Source: Squalus acanthias
Lineage: Eukaryota
NCBI GenBank assembly: GCA_030390025.1
Contig: CM059431.1
Location: 86,180,001 to 86,244,000, forward strand
Reading direction: 5' to 3'
DNA length: 64,000 nt
Part shown: in pieces, positions 36,135 to 48,686 of the stretch
How the letters are laid out: each line of letters opens with the position of its first letter
Position numbering within the stretch: the stretch's first letter is position 1
Translations under genes and position numbers: made by a program
Notes under the pieces: generated by a model
Seen by the model: only the letters and a program-made list of their open reading frames with translations
What the model was told of the DNA's origin: nothing
Database searches by the model: none

Positions 36135-38885
36135 GGTTGGTGGATGCAATAGTTAAGCACTGTGCCTTTCGCCTCTTGGAGTCAAGTTGTACCCAAACAA
36201 GTAACGCAAATGTTTCCTCTCTCTCGAGACTGAGGAGTATATGTGGAATGGAACACACTCAATCCAGTTCTTAATGGGAGAGGTTCTTCAATGTTATACT
36301 GCTTCTAATTTGCCACTAATTAACAATGTTACTCAGAGATGCCATGAAAATGGCTGACGTGAAAAATAGGCAGATTTATGTTGGTGAGTAACATAGAAAC
36401 ATAGAAACATAGAAGATGGGAGCAGGAGTAGGCCATTCGGCCCCTCGAGCCTGCTCCGCCATTAAATGCGATCATGGCTGATCATCCAAATTCAGTACCC
36501 TGTCCCTGCTTTCTCCCCATAAACCTTAGCCTTAAGAAATATATCTAACTCCTTCTTGAATATACTTACTGAATTGGACTCAACTGTCTTCTGTGTTAGA
36601 GAATTCCACAGGTTCACCACTCTCTGGGTGAAGTAATTCCTCCTCATCTCAGTCCTAAATGGCTTACCCCTTATCCTTAGACTGTGACCCCTGGTTCTGG
36701 ACTCCCCCGCCATCGGGAACATCCTTCCTGCATCTAGTCTGTCTAGTCCTGTTAGAATTTTATAAGTTTCAATGAGATCCCCTCTCATTCTTCTAAACTC
36801 TAGTGAATACAAGCCCAATCGACCCAATCACTCTTCATACGTCATTCCTGCCATCCCAGGTATCAGTCTGGTGAATCTTCGCTGCACTCCCTCCAAGGCA
36901 AGAACATCCTTCCTCAGATAAGGTGACCAAAACTGCATATAATACTCAAGGTGTGGTCTCACCAAAGCCCTGTACAACTGCAGCAAGACATCCTTGCTCC
37001 TGTACTCGTATCCTCTCGCTATGATGGCCAACATATCATTTGCCTTCTTAACCGCCTGCTGCACCTGCATTCTTACCTTCAGCGACTGGTGCACAAGGAC
37101 ACCCAGGTCTCGTTGCACTTCCCCTTTTCCCAATCTATTGCCATTCAGATAATAATCTGCCTTCCTGTTTTTGCCACCAAAGTGAATAACCTCACATTTA
37201 TCCACATTATACTGCATCTGCCATGCATCTGCCCAATCACCCAACCTGTCCAAATCATACTGGAGTTTCTCTGCATCCTCCTCACAGCACACACGCCCAC
37301 CCAGCTTTGTGTCATCTGCAAACTTGGAGATATTACATCTAGTTCCCTCATCTAGATCATTAATATATATTGTGAATAACTGGGGTCCTAGCACCGATCC
37401 CTGCGGTACCCCACTAGTCACTGCCTGCCACTTGGAAAAAGACCCGTTTATTCCAACTCTTTGCTTCCTGTCTGCCAACCAGTTTTCTATCCAAGTCAGT
37501 ACCTTACCCCCATACCCATGTGGTTTAACTTTGCACGCTAATCTCTTATGCGGGACCTTATCGAAAGCCTTCTGAAAGTCCAAATACACCACATCGACTG
37601 GTTCTCCCTTATCTATTCTACCAGTTACATCCTCAAAAAATTCCAGTAGATTAGTCAGGCATGATTTACCTTTTGTAAATCCATGTTGACTTTGTCCGAT
37701 CCTGTCACTGTTTTCCAAGTGCTCTGCTATTACATCTTTTATAATGGACTCTAGCATTTTCCCCACTACCAATGTCAGGCTTACCGGTCTATAATTCCCC
37801 ATTTTCTCTCTACCACCTTTTTTAAATAATGGGGTTACATTAGCTACCCTCCAATCCATGGGAACTGTTCCAGAGTCTATAGAATTTTGGAAGATGACCT
37901 GCAATGCATTTACTATTTCTAGAGCCACTTCCTTAAGTACCATAGGATGTAGATTGTCAGGCCCTGGGGATTTATCGGCCTTCAATCCCATCAATTTCCC
38001 TAACACCGTTTCCCTACAAATACTGATTTCATTCAATTCCTCCCTCTCATTAGACCCTATGTTCCCCGACATCTCTGGGAGGTTATTGGTGTCCTCCTTT
38101 GTGAAGACAGAACCAAAGTATGTATTTAATTGGTCTGCCATTTCTTTGTTCCCCATTCTAAATTCCCCTGATTCTGACTGCAAGGGACCTACGCTTGACT
38201 TCACCAATCTTTTTGTCTTCACATATCTATAGAAGCTTTTACAGTCAGTTTTTATGTTCCCGACAAGCTTACTCTCATACTCTATTGCCCCCCTCTTAAT
38301 TAATCCCTTTGTTCTCCTTTGCTGAATCCTAAACTGCTCCCAATCCTCAGGTTCGCTGCTTTTTCTGGCCAAGTTATATGTCCTCTCCTTGGATCTTATA
38401 CTATCCCTAATTTCCCTTGTTAGCCATGGTTGAGTCACCTTTTTTGTTTTATTTTTATGCCAAACAGGGATGAACAAATTCTGTAGTTCATCCATGCGAT
38501 CTTTAAATGTTTGCCATTGTCTATCCACCGTCAACCCTTTAAGTAACATTCCCCAATCCATCCTAGCCAACTCACGCCTCATACCGTCATAGTTTCCTTT
38601 ATTTAAATTCAGGACCCTAGTCTCTGAGTCAACTACTTCACTCTCCATCTTAATGAAGAATTCTATCATATTATGATCGCTCTTCCCCAAGGGGCCTCGC
38701 ACAACAAGATTGCTAATTAATCCTTTCTCATTACATAATACTTTTCTGAGGTTTATGTAAAGGCTCATTGGCGTGGCAGAGCAGGGGAAGTTTTATTTTG
38801 TATCCACCTTGCTTTATCTGTTCTGGGAGTCCAAATGCCATATTCCCTGGGACTGATATTGCTTACCTAAATAAATGAAAAAAAA
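36135..38885 (+). mobile_element. LF-SINE-like SINE split by a CR1 (36135-36390 and 38741-38885)
   Basis: GCCTTTCGCCTCT...CTCAATCCAGTTCTTAATGG...CACTAATT before the CR1, and CATTGGCGTGGCAG...GGGGAAG...TCTGTTCTG after it. Confidence 0.55.
36391..38740 (-). mobile_element. 5'-truncated CR1 LINE with a premature stop near 36828
   Basis: (ACATAGAA)n tail; ORFs 36828-38768 and 36492-36827 are in frame across one TGA; all RT motifs present; same subfamily as 44623-46477. Confidence 0.95.
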
Positions 38886-39787
38886 GTTCTGAAAGTGGTG
38901 CGCAATGCTTTCGATCAGATATTCTGAGTAAGTTCACTTGGGCTTTCACACTGTTGGGGACCCAATAGTATCGCAACAGAGACTTAACCCAATTTATACC
39001 TCACACAATGACATCAAATTGTTGGACAGGTTGTGCATTATCCACCAATTCAATGCCATTATATTGAATTGTTCTGGTGACTGGATCCAGATTTACAATT
39101 TCCAGAAACTAATAGTTGCACACATTCCGTAAAACCAGTTTAAATCTCAAAAGTACTTCTAGGCTGTATAACTCAGGTGCTCTGCAAGGCTAAAAACTTC
39201 AGTGAGGCACTCCCCTAACTCTCCGCAGACTGCCGGACTTATTGCTTCACTGGAAGTAGGCACAAATGCCTTTCCCAGTGACAGGACAGTTGTCCTCAAG
39301 AAGAAAAAACAAATCACAGAATCATAGAATCATAGAAATTTACAGCACAGAAGGAGGCCATTCGACCCATCGTGTCTGTGCTGGCTGAAAAAGAGCTACC
39401 CAGCCTAATCCCCCTTTCCAGCTCTTGGTCCGTAGCCTTGTAGGTTACAGCACTTCAAGTGCATATCCAAGTACTTTTTAAATGCGATGAGGGTTTCTGC
39501 CTCTACCACCCTTTCAGACAGTGAGTTCCAGACCCCCACCACCCTCTGGGTAAAAACATTTCTCCTCAATTTCCCTCTAATCCTTCTACCAATTACTTTA
39601 AATCTATGCCCCTTAGTTATTGACCTCTCTGCTAGGGGAAATAGGTTCTTCCTATCCACACTATTTAGGCCACTCATAATTTTATACACCTCAATCAATT
39701 CTCCCCTCAGCCTCCTCTATTCTAAAGAAAACAACCCCAGCCTATCCAATCTTCCCTCATCGCTAAAATTCTCCAGTCCTGGCAACA

Positions 39788-42700
39788 GAGAGTTAAATGC
39801 ATGGCTCAAAGAGTGGTGTGGGAAGAAGGGGTTTTGATGCATGGGGCACTGGCACCAGTACTGGGGAAAGAGGGAGCTGTTCTGTCAGGACGGGCTCCAC
39901 TTAAACCGGGCTGGGACCAGTGTCCTGGTGAATCAAATAACTAGGGCTGTAGATATGGCTTTAAACTAAAAAAGCGGGGGAAGGGGGAGGGGTCAGGTGA
40001 TGGGAATTTAGAAATCTAAAGAGAAAGGTCAAGGCAATAGAGCAGTGTAGCGATTTGGGTAAAAATAAGCAGAGTGTGACAGGAAGGGAAAGAGAGTTTA
40101 ACGGTAGCAGTGGAGCAGAGAATAAGGTCAAAGCAGGGAACAATGGTAAAAAAATTATATTAAACGCACTTTATCTGAATGTACGAAGCATTTGTAACAA
40201 GATAGATAAACTAATGGCACAAATAAATATAAATGGGTTTGATCTAATAGCCATTACAGAGACATGGTTGCAAGGTGACCAAGTTTGGGACCTAAATGTT
40301 CCAGTGTACTTGATGTTTTGAAAAGACAGGCAAAAAAAAGAAAAGAAAGAATGGAAAAGGAGGGGGAGAAGCCCTGATAATAAAGCATGACATAAGGACA
40401 GTAGAGAGAAAGGATCTCGGTTCGGAAGATCAGGAAGTAGAATCAGTATGGGTGGAGATAAGGGGGGAAAAATTCAGTTGGTTGCGCCTCCCGTTAGCGC
40501 CTTAAGAGGGCGCTAATGGGGCGCAAAGCATCTAGCGCCTGGGCACGGCGATGTTTGCGCCCCTCGCGTAATTAACTAGACATTTTGCGGCGGCGCTAAA
40601 CACTACCGCCACGATCTCCTGCGCCGGCAGATCGTGACGTCAGTCGAGTGCGCAACGCCCCGGTATCACCCCGGAGCGGATATTGAGTGGCGCCCCCTGC
40701 CTTACCGCCAGCCGCTGGCAACGACAGGTTGAGGGGAGCGTTTTGCAGTCAGGAAGGGACTGGGGGAGCGCTATTTAAAGGCGACCGCTTCCTGCCTTTT
40801 ATTGTTGGTGACATTTTTGAACCTCGCTTTCTGAGAGAGAGAGAGAGAGACTTCTGGAGAGATTCAACGCTGTGTGAAGGAGTTTTGTGTACTGAGCAGC
40901 ACTTTGCAGGTTCATTTTGATTTGCCCTTCCTTGTATTGATTTAGAAGAGACTGTGGGGGCTGCACTCTGAGCTCTTTCCCTGGTACTCTCCATTGTTCT
41001 TTCCAGCAGATTTGATGTGCAGGTCTCACCAGGCCGAGATTCAAGGCTGCAATGAGCAGGATGTAGATGGAAAGCAAGATCAACCCTCCCCTTTAAGAAC
41101 TGGCCCGTGCCATTCTGTGTGTGTTCCATTGCTGACTGACATCACATGAGCTTCGCCAGCGCTCTGAGGTAGCGCCTCGCTCCTCGGCCTTTGTGCCTTA
41201 AGACAGGTGTGAAGCGCGTGATTTAGCACTCCAATCACCTCCAGGGGTGATAAAAGTCAAGTTTGCAGTCGGTGGCGATAATTAGCGCCAGGCGCTAATT
41301 TTTGTGCCTGGCCGATAATTGCGCCCCAAATGGGGCGATACTGAATTTCTCCCCCAAGGAATAACAAGGGGCAGAAAGCAATGGTGGGAGTAATATATAG
41401 GCCCCCTAACAGTAGCTATACCAGTGGACAGAATATTAATCAAGAAATAGTAGGAGCTTGTAACAAAGGTAATGCAATAATCGTGGGGGATTTTAATCTT
41501 CATATAGACTGGACAAATCAAATTGGCAAAGGTAGTCTGGAGGATGAGTTCATGGAATGCATTCGGGACAGTTTCCTGGAACAATACATCATGGAACCAA
41601 CCAGAGAACAGGTTATTTCAGATCTTGTATTCTTTAATGAGACAGAATTAATTAACAATCTCATAGTGAAGGATCTTCTGGGGCAGAGTGATCGTAATAT
41701 GATAGAATTTCACATTAAGTTTGAGAGTGACTTGCCTAAGTCCGAAACTAGAGTCTTAAACTTAAATGAAGCCAATTACTTAGGTATGAGGGGTGAGTTG
41801 GTTAAGGTAGATTGGAAAAATCGATTAAAAGGTATGGCGGTAGATAAGCAGTGGTTAGCATTTAAAGAAATATTTCATAATTCTCAACAAAAATTCATTC
41901 CATTGAGAAACAAAAACTCCATGGGAAAAGTGATCCATCCGTGGCTAACTAAAGAAGTTAAGAATAGCATTAGATTGAAAGAATTGGCTTATAATGTTGT
42001 GAAGAATAGTAGTAAGCTTGAGGATTGGGAGAGTTTCAGAAACCAGCAAAGGATGACCAAAATATTGATGAAAAGGGAAAAAATAGAATATGAGAGAAAA
42101 CTAGCAAGAAACATAAAAACAGATTGTAAGATCTACAAGTATGTAAAAAGAAAGTGAGCAGCAAAAGTAAACGTTGGTCCCTTAGAGGCTGAGACAGGAG
42201 AAATTATTATGGGGAATAAGGAAATGGCAGAAATGTTAAACAAATATTTTGTATCTGTCTTCACAAAATTAGAGGAACTAATGGGACTAAAAGCCGACAA
42301 TTCCCCATGACCTGACGGTCTACATCCTAGGGTTCTAAAAGAGGTGGCTGAAGAGATAGTAGATGCATTGGTTCTGATCTTCCAAAATTCCCTAGATTCT
42401 AGAACGGTCCCAGCGGATTGGAAGGTAGCAAATGTAACATTACTATTCAAGAAAGGAGGGAGAGAGAAAAAAGAGAACTACAGGCCAGTTAGCCAGACCT
42501 CAGTTATCGGGAAAATGCTGGAATCCATTATTAAGGAAGTGGTATCAGGGCACTTAGAAAATCATAACATGATTAGGCAGAGTCAACATGGTTTTATGAA
42601 AGGTAAATTGTGTTTGACAAATTTATTAGTTTTTTGAGGATGTAACTAACAGGGTAGATAAAGGGGAACCAGTGAATGTAGTATATTTGGATTTCCAAAA

Positions 42701-43882
42701 GGCATTCAATAAGGTGCCACATAAAAGGTTATTACACAAGATAAGGGCTCATGGGGTTGGAGGTAATATAATAGCATGGATAGAGGATTGGTTAATGGAC
42801 AGAAAGCAGAAAGTAGGGATAAACGGTTCTTTTTCAGGTTGGCAGGCTGTACCTAGAGAGGTGCCGCAAGGATCAGTGCTGGGGCCTCAGCTATTTATAA
42901 TCTATATTAATGACCTAGATGAAGGGACCGAGTGTAATGTATCCAGGTTTGCTGATGATACAAAGCTAGGTGGGACAGTAAGCTGTGAGGAGAACAGAAA
43001 GCCTGCAAAGGGATACAGATAGACTAAGTGAGTGGGCAGTAAGGTGGCAGATGGAGTATAATGTAGGGAAATGTGAGGTTATTCACTTTGGTAGGAAGAA
43101 TAGAAAAACAGAATATTTTTTAAATGGTGAGTAACTTTTAAATGTTGGTGTTCAGAGAGATTTGGGTGTCCTCGTGCAAGAAACACAGAAAGCTAGCAAG
43201 CAGGTACAGCAAGCAATAAGGAAGACAAATGGCATGTTGGCCTTTATTGCAAGGGGGTTGGAGTATAAGAGTAAGGACATCTTGCTACAATTGTAGAGGG
43301 CCTTGGTGTGACACACCTGGAGTATTGTGCACAGTTTTGCTCTCCTTATCTAAGGAAGGATATACTTGCGTTGGAGGCGGTGCAACAAAGGTTCACTAGA
43401 TTGATTTCTGGGATAAGAGGGCTGTCCTATGATGAGAGATTGTGTAGAATGGGCCTATACTCTCTGGAGTTTAGAAGAATGAGAGGTGATCTCATTGAAA
43501 CATACAAGATTCTGAAGGGGATTGACAGGGTAGATGCAGAGAGGTTGTTTCCCCTGTTGGGAGTATCTAGAACTAGGGGGCATAGTCTCAGGATAAGAGG
43601 TACGCCATTTAAGACTGAGATGAGGAGGAATTTCTTCACTCAGAGAGTTGTGAATTTTTGGAATTCTCTGCCCCAGAGGGCTGTGGATGCTGAGTCTTTG
43701 AGTATATTTAAGGCTGAGATAGATAGATTTTTGGACTCTAGAGGAATCAAGGGATATGGAGATCGGGTGGGAAATTGGAGTTGAGGTCAAAGATCAGCCA
43801 TGATCTTATTGAATGGTGGAGCAGGCTCGAAGGGCCGTATGGCCTACTTCTGCTTGTATTTCTTATGTTCTTATGTTCTTAT
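39788..43882 (+). mobile_element. Long decayed CR1 LINE with ORF1 esterase tail and ORF2 (APE endonuclease plus RT)
   Basis: ELNAWLKEWC...DGLHLN (SGNH esterase-type ORF1); LYLNVRSI, AITETWL, GVIYRPP and GDFN (APE); RT motifs; TTCTTATG tail; AACA on both flanks. Confidence 0.93.
40463..41355. mobile_element. Harbinger-type non-autonomous element (family C2), copy 2, inserted in the CR1 endonuclease region
   Basis: TIRs as in copy 1; perfect AAG TSD; removing it restores GTG GAG ATA AGG AAT AAC AAG (VEIRNNK). Confidence 0.95.
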
Positions 43883-44622
43883 AACACCCTCATAAATCTC
43901 CTCCGTATCCTCTGAAGTGCAATCACATCTTTCCTTCAATGTGGTGACCAGAACTGTACGCAGCACTCTAGCTGTGGCCTAACGAGTGTTTTTTACAGTT
44001 CAAGCATAAAATCCCTGCTCTTATATTCTATGCCTTGGCTAATAAAGGAAAGTACCCCGTATACCTTCGTAACCACCTTGGCCCAAAATTTGCGACCGGA
44101 AGCTTCCCGTGGGCGGATGTCTCCGACCTGTAAAAAATCTACGCATTTACCTGGTGGTTCGCAAGCGCCCCAGGGATCATGTGGGCCGGCCCAACCAATA
44201 CGTACGGAACTCCCATAAGTATGAATGGGGATCATTAAAAAAATACACGAACGCATGAAATACATTAAAAAAAAATTACATGTTTAAAATTAATTACAAT
44301 GTCATTTAATTCAATATTTTAAAAGAAAATTTAATTTTTTGATTTTTTTTTGTATGTTTTAACGGGGCTAAAAATAAACTTACCTTATTGGACAGGGATC
44401 TTAATGTATAAATGAGTGATAACATTTTATTTTTCTATTTTTCAAATCTCTTATGCTGGTAAAAGCAGGTCTTATGTCTGCTTTTACCAGGCGAAGGAAT
44501 TTCGCAGGCATTCAGTGGGCGAAAGTTGGGCAAATAGCGCAACTCTCCACCCGCAGAGGCCCTTCTCCCGGGTATGCAGAGGATCTGCAAGAAGATTCTT
44601 GACAGATCGCAAGTTCCGGGTT

Positions 44623-46477
44623 ACATAGAAACATAGAAGATAGGAGCAGGAGTAGGCCATTCGGCCCCTCGAGCCTGTTCCGTCATTTAATAAGATCATG
44701 GCTGATCATCCAAATTCAGTACCCTGTCCCTGCTTTCTCCCCATATCCCTTGATCCCTTTAGCCTTAAGAAATATATCTAACTCCTTCTTGAATATATTT
44801 AATGAATTGGCCTCAACTGTCTTCTGTGGTAGAGAATTCCACAGGTTCACCACTCTCTGGGTGAAGAAATTCCTCCTCATCTCAGTCCTAAATGGTTTAC
44901 CCCTTATCCTTAGACTGTGACCCCTGGTTCTGGACTCCACCGCCATCAGGAACATCCTTCCTGCATCTAGTCTGTCTAGTCCTGTTAGAATTTTATAAGT
45001 TTCAATGAGATCCCCTCTCATTCTTCTAAACTCCAGCGAATATAAGCCTAATCGACCCAATCTCTCTTCATACGTCATTCCTGCCATCCCAGGTATCAGT
45101 CTGGTGAATCTTCGCTGCACTCCCCCCATGGCAAGAACATCCTTCCTCAGATAAGGTGACCAAAACTGCACACAATACTCAAGGTGTGGTCTCACCAAGG
45201 CCCTGTATAACTGCAGCAAGACATCCTTGCTCCTGTACTTGAATCCTCTCGTTATGAAGGCCAACATATCATTTGCCTTCTTAACCACCTGCTGCACCTG
45301 CATGCTTACCTTCAGCGACTGGTGCACAAGGACACCCAGGTCTCGTTGCACTTCCCCATTTCCCAATCTATTGCCGTTCAGATAATAATCTGTCTTCCTG
45401 TTTTTGCCACCAAAGTGGATAACCTCGCATTTATCCACATTATACTGCATCTGCCATGCATCTGCCCAATCACCCAACCTGTCCAAATCATACTCAAGTT
45501 TCTCTGCATCCTCCTCACAGCACACACGCCCACCCAGCTTTGTGTCGTCTGCAAACTTGGAGATATTACATCTAGTTCCCTCATCTAGATCATTAATATA
45601 TATTGTGAATAACTGGGGTCCTAGCACCGATCCCTGCGGTACCCCACTAGTCACTGCCTGCCACTCGGAAAAAGACCCATTTATTCCAACTCTTTGCTTC
45701 CTGTCTGCCAACCAGTTCTCTATCCATGTCAGTACCTTACCCCCAGTCCCATGTGCATTAACTTTGCACGCTAATCTCTTATGCGGGACCTTATCGAAAG
45801 CCTTCTGAAAGTCCAAATACACCACATCGACTGGTTCTCCCTTATCTATTCTACCAGTTACATCCTCAAAAAATTCCAGTAGATTAGTCAAGCATGATTT
45901 ACCTTTTGTAAATCCATGTTGACTTTGTCCGATCCTGCCACTGTTTTCCAAGTGCTCTGCTATTACATCTTTTATAATGGACTCTAGCATTTTCCCCACT
46001 ACCAATGTCAGGCTTACCGGTCTATAATTCCCCATTTTCTCTCTACCACCTTTTTTAAATAGTGGTGTTACTTTAGCTACCCTCCAATCCATGGGAACTG
46101 TTCCAGAGTCTATAGAATTTTGGAAGATGACCAGCAATGCAGCTACTATTTCTAGGGCCACTTCCTTAAGTACCCTAGGATGTAGATTATCAGGCCCTAG
46201 GGATTTATCGGCCTTCAATCCCATCAATTTCCCTAACACCATTTCTCTACAAATACTGATTTCATTCAGTTCCTCCCTCTCATTAGACCCTATGTTGCCC
46301 GACATTTCTGGGAGGTTATTTGTGTCTTCCTTTGTGAAGACAGAACCAAAGTATGTATTTAATTGGTCTGCTATTTCTTTGTTCCCCATTCTAAATTCCC
46401 CTGATTCTGACTGCAAGGGACCTACGCTTGACTTCACCAATCTTTTTCTCTTCACATATCTATAGAAGCTTTTACAG
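44623..46477 (-). mobile_element. Young 5'-truncated CR1 LINE
   Basis: ACATAGAA tail, 3'UTR and uninterrupted ORF. Confidence 0.95.
44716..46455 (-). CDS. CR1 ORF2 reverse transcriptase region (579 aa, N-terminally truncated)
   Basis: YRPVSLT, QHGF, DFQKAFD, GVPQGS and FADD motifs. Confidence 0.93.
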   Translation of the reverse strand: MKRKRLVKSSVGPLQSESGEFRMGNKEIADQLNTYFGSVFTKEDTNNLPEMSGNIGSNEREELNEISICREMVLGKLMGLKADKSLGPDNLHPRVLKEVALEIVAALLVIFQNSIDSGTVPMDWRVAKVTPLFKKGGREKMGNYRPVSLTLVVGKMLESIIKDVIAEHLENSGRIGQSQHGFTKGKSCLTNLLEFFEDVTGRIDKGEPVDVVYLDFQKAFDKVPHKRLACKVNAHGTGGKVLTWIENWLADRKQRVGINGSFSEWQAVTSGVPQGSVLGPQLFTIYINDLDEGTRCNISKFADDTKLGGRVCCEEDAEKLEYDLDRLGDWADAWQMQYNVDKCEVIHFGGKNRKTDYYLNGNRLGNGEVQRDLGVLVHQSLKVSMQVQQVVKKANDMLAFITRGFKYRSKDVLLQLYRALVRPHLEYCVQFWSPYLRKDVLAMGGVQRRFTRLIPGMAGMTYEERLGRLGLYSLEFRRMRGDLIETYKILTGLDRLDAGRMFLMAVESRTRGHSLRIRGKPFRTEMRRNFFTQRVVNLWNSLPQKTVEANSLNIFKKELDIFLKAKGIKGYGEKAGTGY

Positions 46478-47576
46478 CTTCACATGCCTAAACCCTGAAC
46501 TTGCATGGCCCCTACGGTCACGTACACACCTCGTACTCGCCCGTAGGGGTTGCAAAATGCTTCCCCTTATCCACCTGTCCTGCTACCTTCAGGGATCTGT
46601 GGATATGGACTCCAAGGTCCCTCTGTTCCTCTACACGTCTCAATATCCTACTATTTATTATGTATTCCCTTGCCTTGTTAGCCCTCCTCAAATACATTAC
46701 CTCACATTTCTCCGGATTGAATTCCATTTGCCACTTTTCTGCTCACCTGACCAGTCCATTGATATCTTCCTGCAGTCTACAGCTTTCTTCCTATCAACCA
46801 CATGGCCAATTTTTGTATCATCTTCAAACTTCTTAATCATGCCCCCTACATTGAAGTCTAAATCATTGATATGTACCACAAAAAGCAAGAGACCTAGTAC
46901 TGAGCCCTGCGGAACCCCACTGGATACAGCCTTTCAGGCACAAAAACACCCGTCGACCATTACCCTTTGTTTCCTGCCACTGAGCCAATTTTGGATCCAA
47001 CCTGCAACTTTCCCTTGGATCCCATGCACTTTTACTTTTCTGATCAGTCTGCCATGTGGGACCTTGTCAAAAGCCTTGTTAAAATCTATGTAGACTACAT
47101 CAAAAGTGCTACCCTCATTGACCCTCCTTGTTACCGCTTCAAAAAATTCAATCAAGTTAGTCAGCCATGACCTGGCCTTAAAATTTGTTACTGATTTGTG
47201 GGAGATTTCAGCTGTACCTGTCAAAGTGAGAAGATGTGAAATAAGAAGCAATTACTGGTAAGAACAGAAGGGCTCGATATTTAAGTTTTCTTGCTTGGGA
47301 TATAATGAATGCCACAAATAAAAATTTAAACCAGGCCTGGGACAAATATGTAGGCTGTACAAGTATCTAAATCCAAACTTAACTATGGAAGCAAAAGGAA
47401 ACAAAAGCCATTTCATGGAGAGCATTAATGTATTTTCATGCTCATAATACTTCCTGTACAATACTTTTTCTTGTGTTTTGGGTAGGTTGGTGTAAGATCT
47501 GTGCAGGCTGCATTGTTGGTTTGGTTTGTGCGTGTAGTTCATAAAGACATACACCCTGTGAGTTTGTTTTATTCAC

Positions 47577-47850
47577 CTTTGTCTATTTGTGATCCAGTTG
47601 CTGCTCTTCCACTAATTGTTCCTGCTGTGAGTCCTAGTCTTCCAGCTTCAGTCATTGCTGTTCCACTGGTGCCTCTTGCTGGACATGAGCACCTGCTTTC
47701 CATCCCTCTGTTTTCTTCTCTGCTCCTGACCCTTTCTGTTCTGCCTTTTGACAACGTTTTTCCTTCCATTTCATTTGGGCAAGGGTTTCCAGCAAAGCCA
47801 CCAGCCATTACGATGGCTGTAGCAGTTAGCAAGTGCATCAGTTTCCTCAT
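47577..47850 (-). CDS. Candidate first coding exon of an unidentified, possibly secreted, host protein
   Basis: Strong acceptor tttttctctcttgtcag at 47884; ATG followed by signal-peptide-like MRKLMHLLTATAIVMAGGFAG; 91 open codons; donor AAG|gtgaat. Confidence 0.35.
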
Positions 47851-48094
47851 TGAACAGTCCTTGGCATAAACCCGTGCCTGTTACTGACAAGAGAGAAAAA
47901 GGCAAATGCCCCTAATATTACTGAGTGACATACACTTTGAACAGGGAAAATTGTAAAAATGCATAAAATGGTAATGATCGGCTGCTCTGTCTGGTGTGGA
48001 TCTAATTGGTGATTCTGTCTGCAATGACATCTCATCTGCTTCATCAGCTGTCAAATTGGGCAACTTAATTTCCTTTGATAGACACAGGACTTAT

Positions 48095-48345
48095 TGCCCA
48101 TTCTGTCCTCTCGGGTGGCTATAAAAGCCCTCATGGCACTATTCGAAGAAAAGCATAGGCGTTCTCCTCAGTATCCTGGTCAACATTTATCCCTCATCCA
48201 ACATTGCTAAAACAGATGATATGGTCATTGTGTCATTGCTATTTGTGGGACCTTGCTGTGCACAAATTGACTGACTCGTTTCCCTACATTACAACACTGA
48301 CTACACTTCAAAAGTACTTTGGGACGTTCTGAGGTCGCTATATAA
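48095..48345 (+). mobile_element. Deu-domain SINE (partial)
   Basis: CATGGCACTATTCGAAGAA...GTCATTGCTATTTGTGGGACCTTGCTGTG. Confidence 0.8.
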
Positions 48346-48686
48346 TGTTAAAAGGGTTCAATAGGGTAGATATAGAGAAACTATTTCCTCTGATGGGGTA
48401 ATCAAAAATGAAGGGACAAATTAGAGCCAAGCCATTTAGGAGGGAAATCAGGAAGCACTTTTTCACACAAAACGGGGTAGAAATCATGAATTCTTTCCCC
48501 GAAAAGACTGTGGATGCTAGGACAATAGGAGCTTACCAGATTTTTATTAGGTAAGGGTATCGAGGGATAGAGAGCTAAGGCGGGTAAATAAAGTTTGGGT
48601 ATAGAGCATCCATGATCTAACTGAATGGCAGAGCAGGCTCGAGGAGCTGAATGGCCTGCTTCTGTTCCTAACGTCCTGTGTTCCTA
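48346..48686 (+). mobile_element. CR1 3' fragment
   Basis: FRREIRKHFFTQ motif and GCAGGCTCGAGG...TGTTCCTA 3'UTR. Confidence 0.82.

Larger units (their letters stand above)
44080..46565. mobile_element. Harbinger-type MITE (family B-like) split by a CR1
   Basis: Starts GGCCCAAAATTTGC and ends GCAAAATGCTTCCC; CTT TSD restores AACCACCTTATCCACC of the host CR1. Confidence 0.8.
39315..47180 (-). mobile_element. Host CR1 LINE in three pieces (39315-39787, 43883-44079, 46566-47180)
   Basis: The pieces rejoin into one collinear RT sequence once the inserts are removed; (ATCATAGA)n tail at 39.32 kb. Confidence 0.85.
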
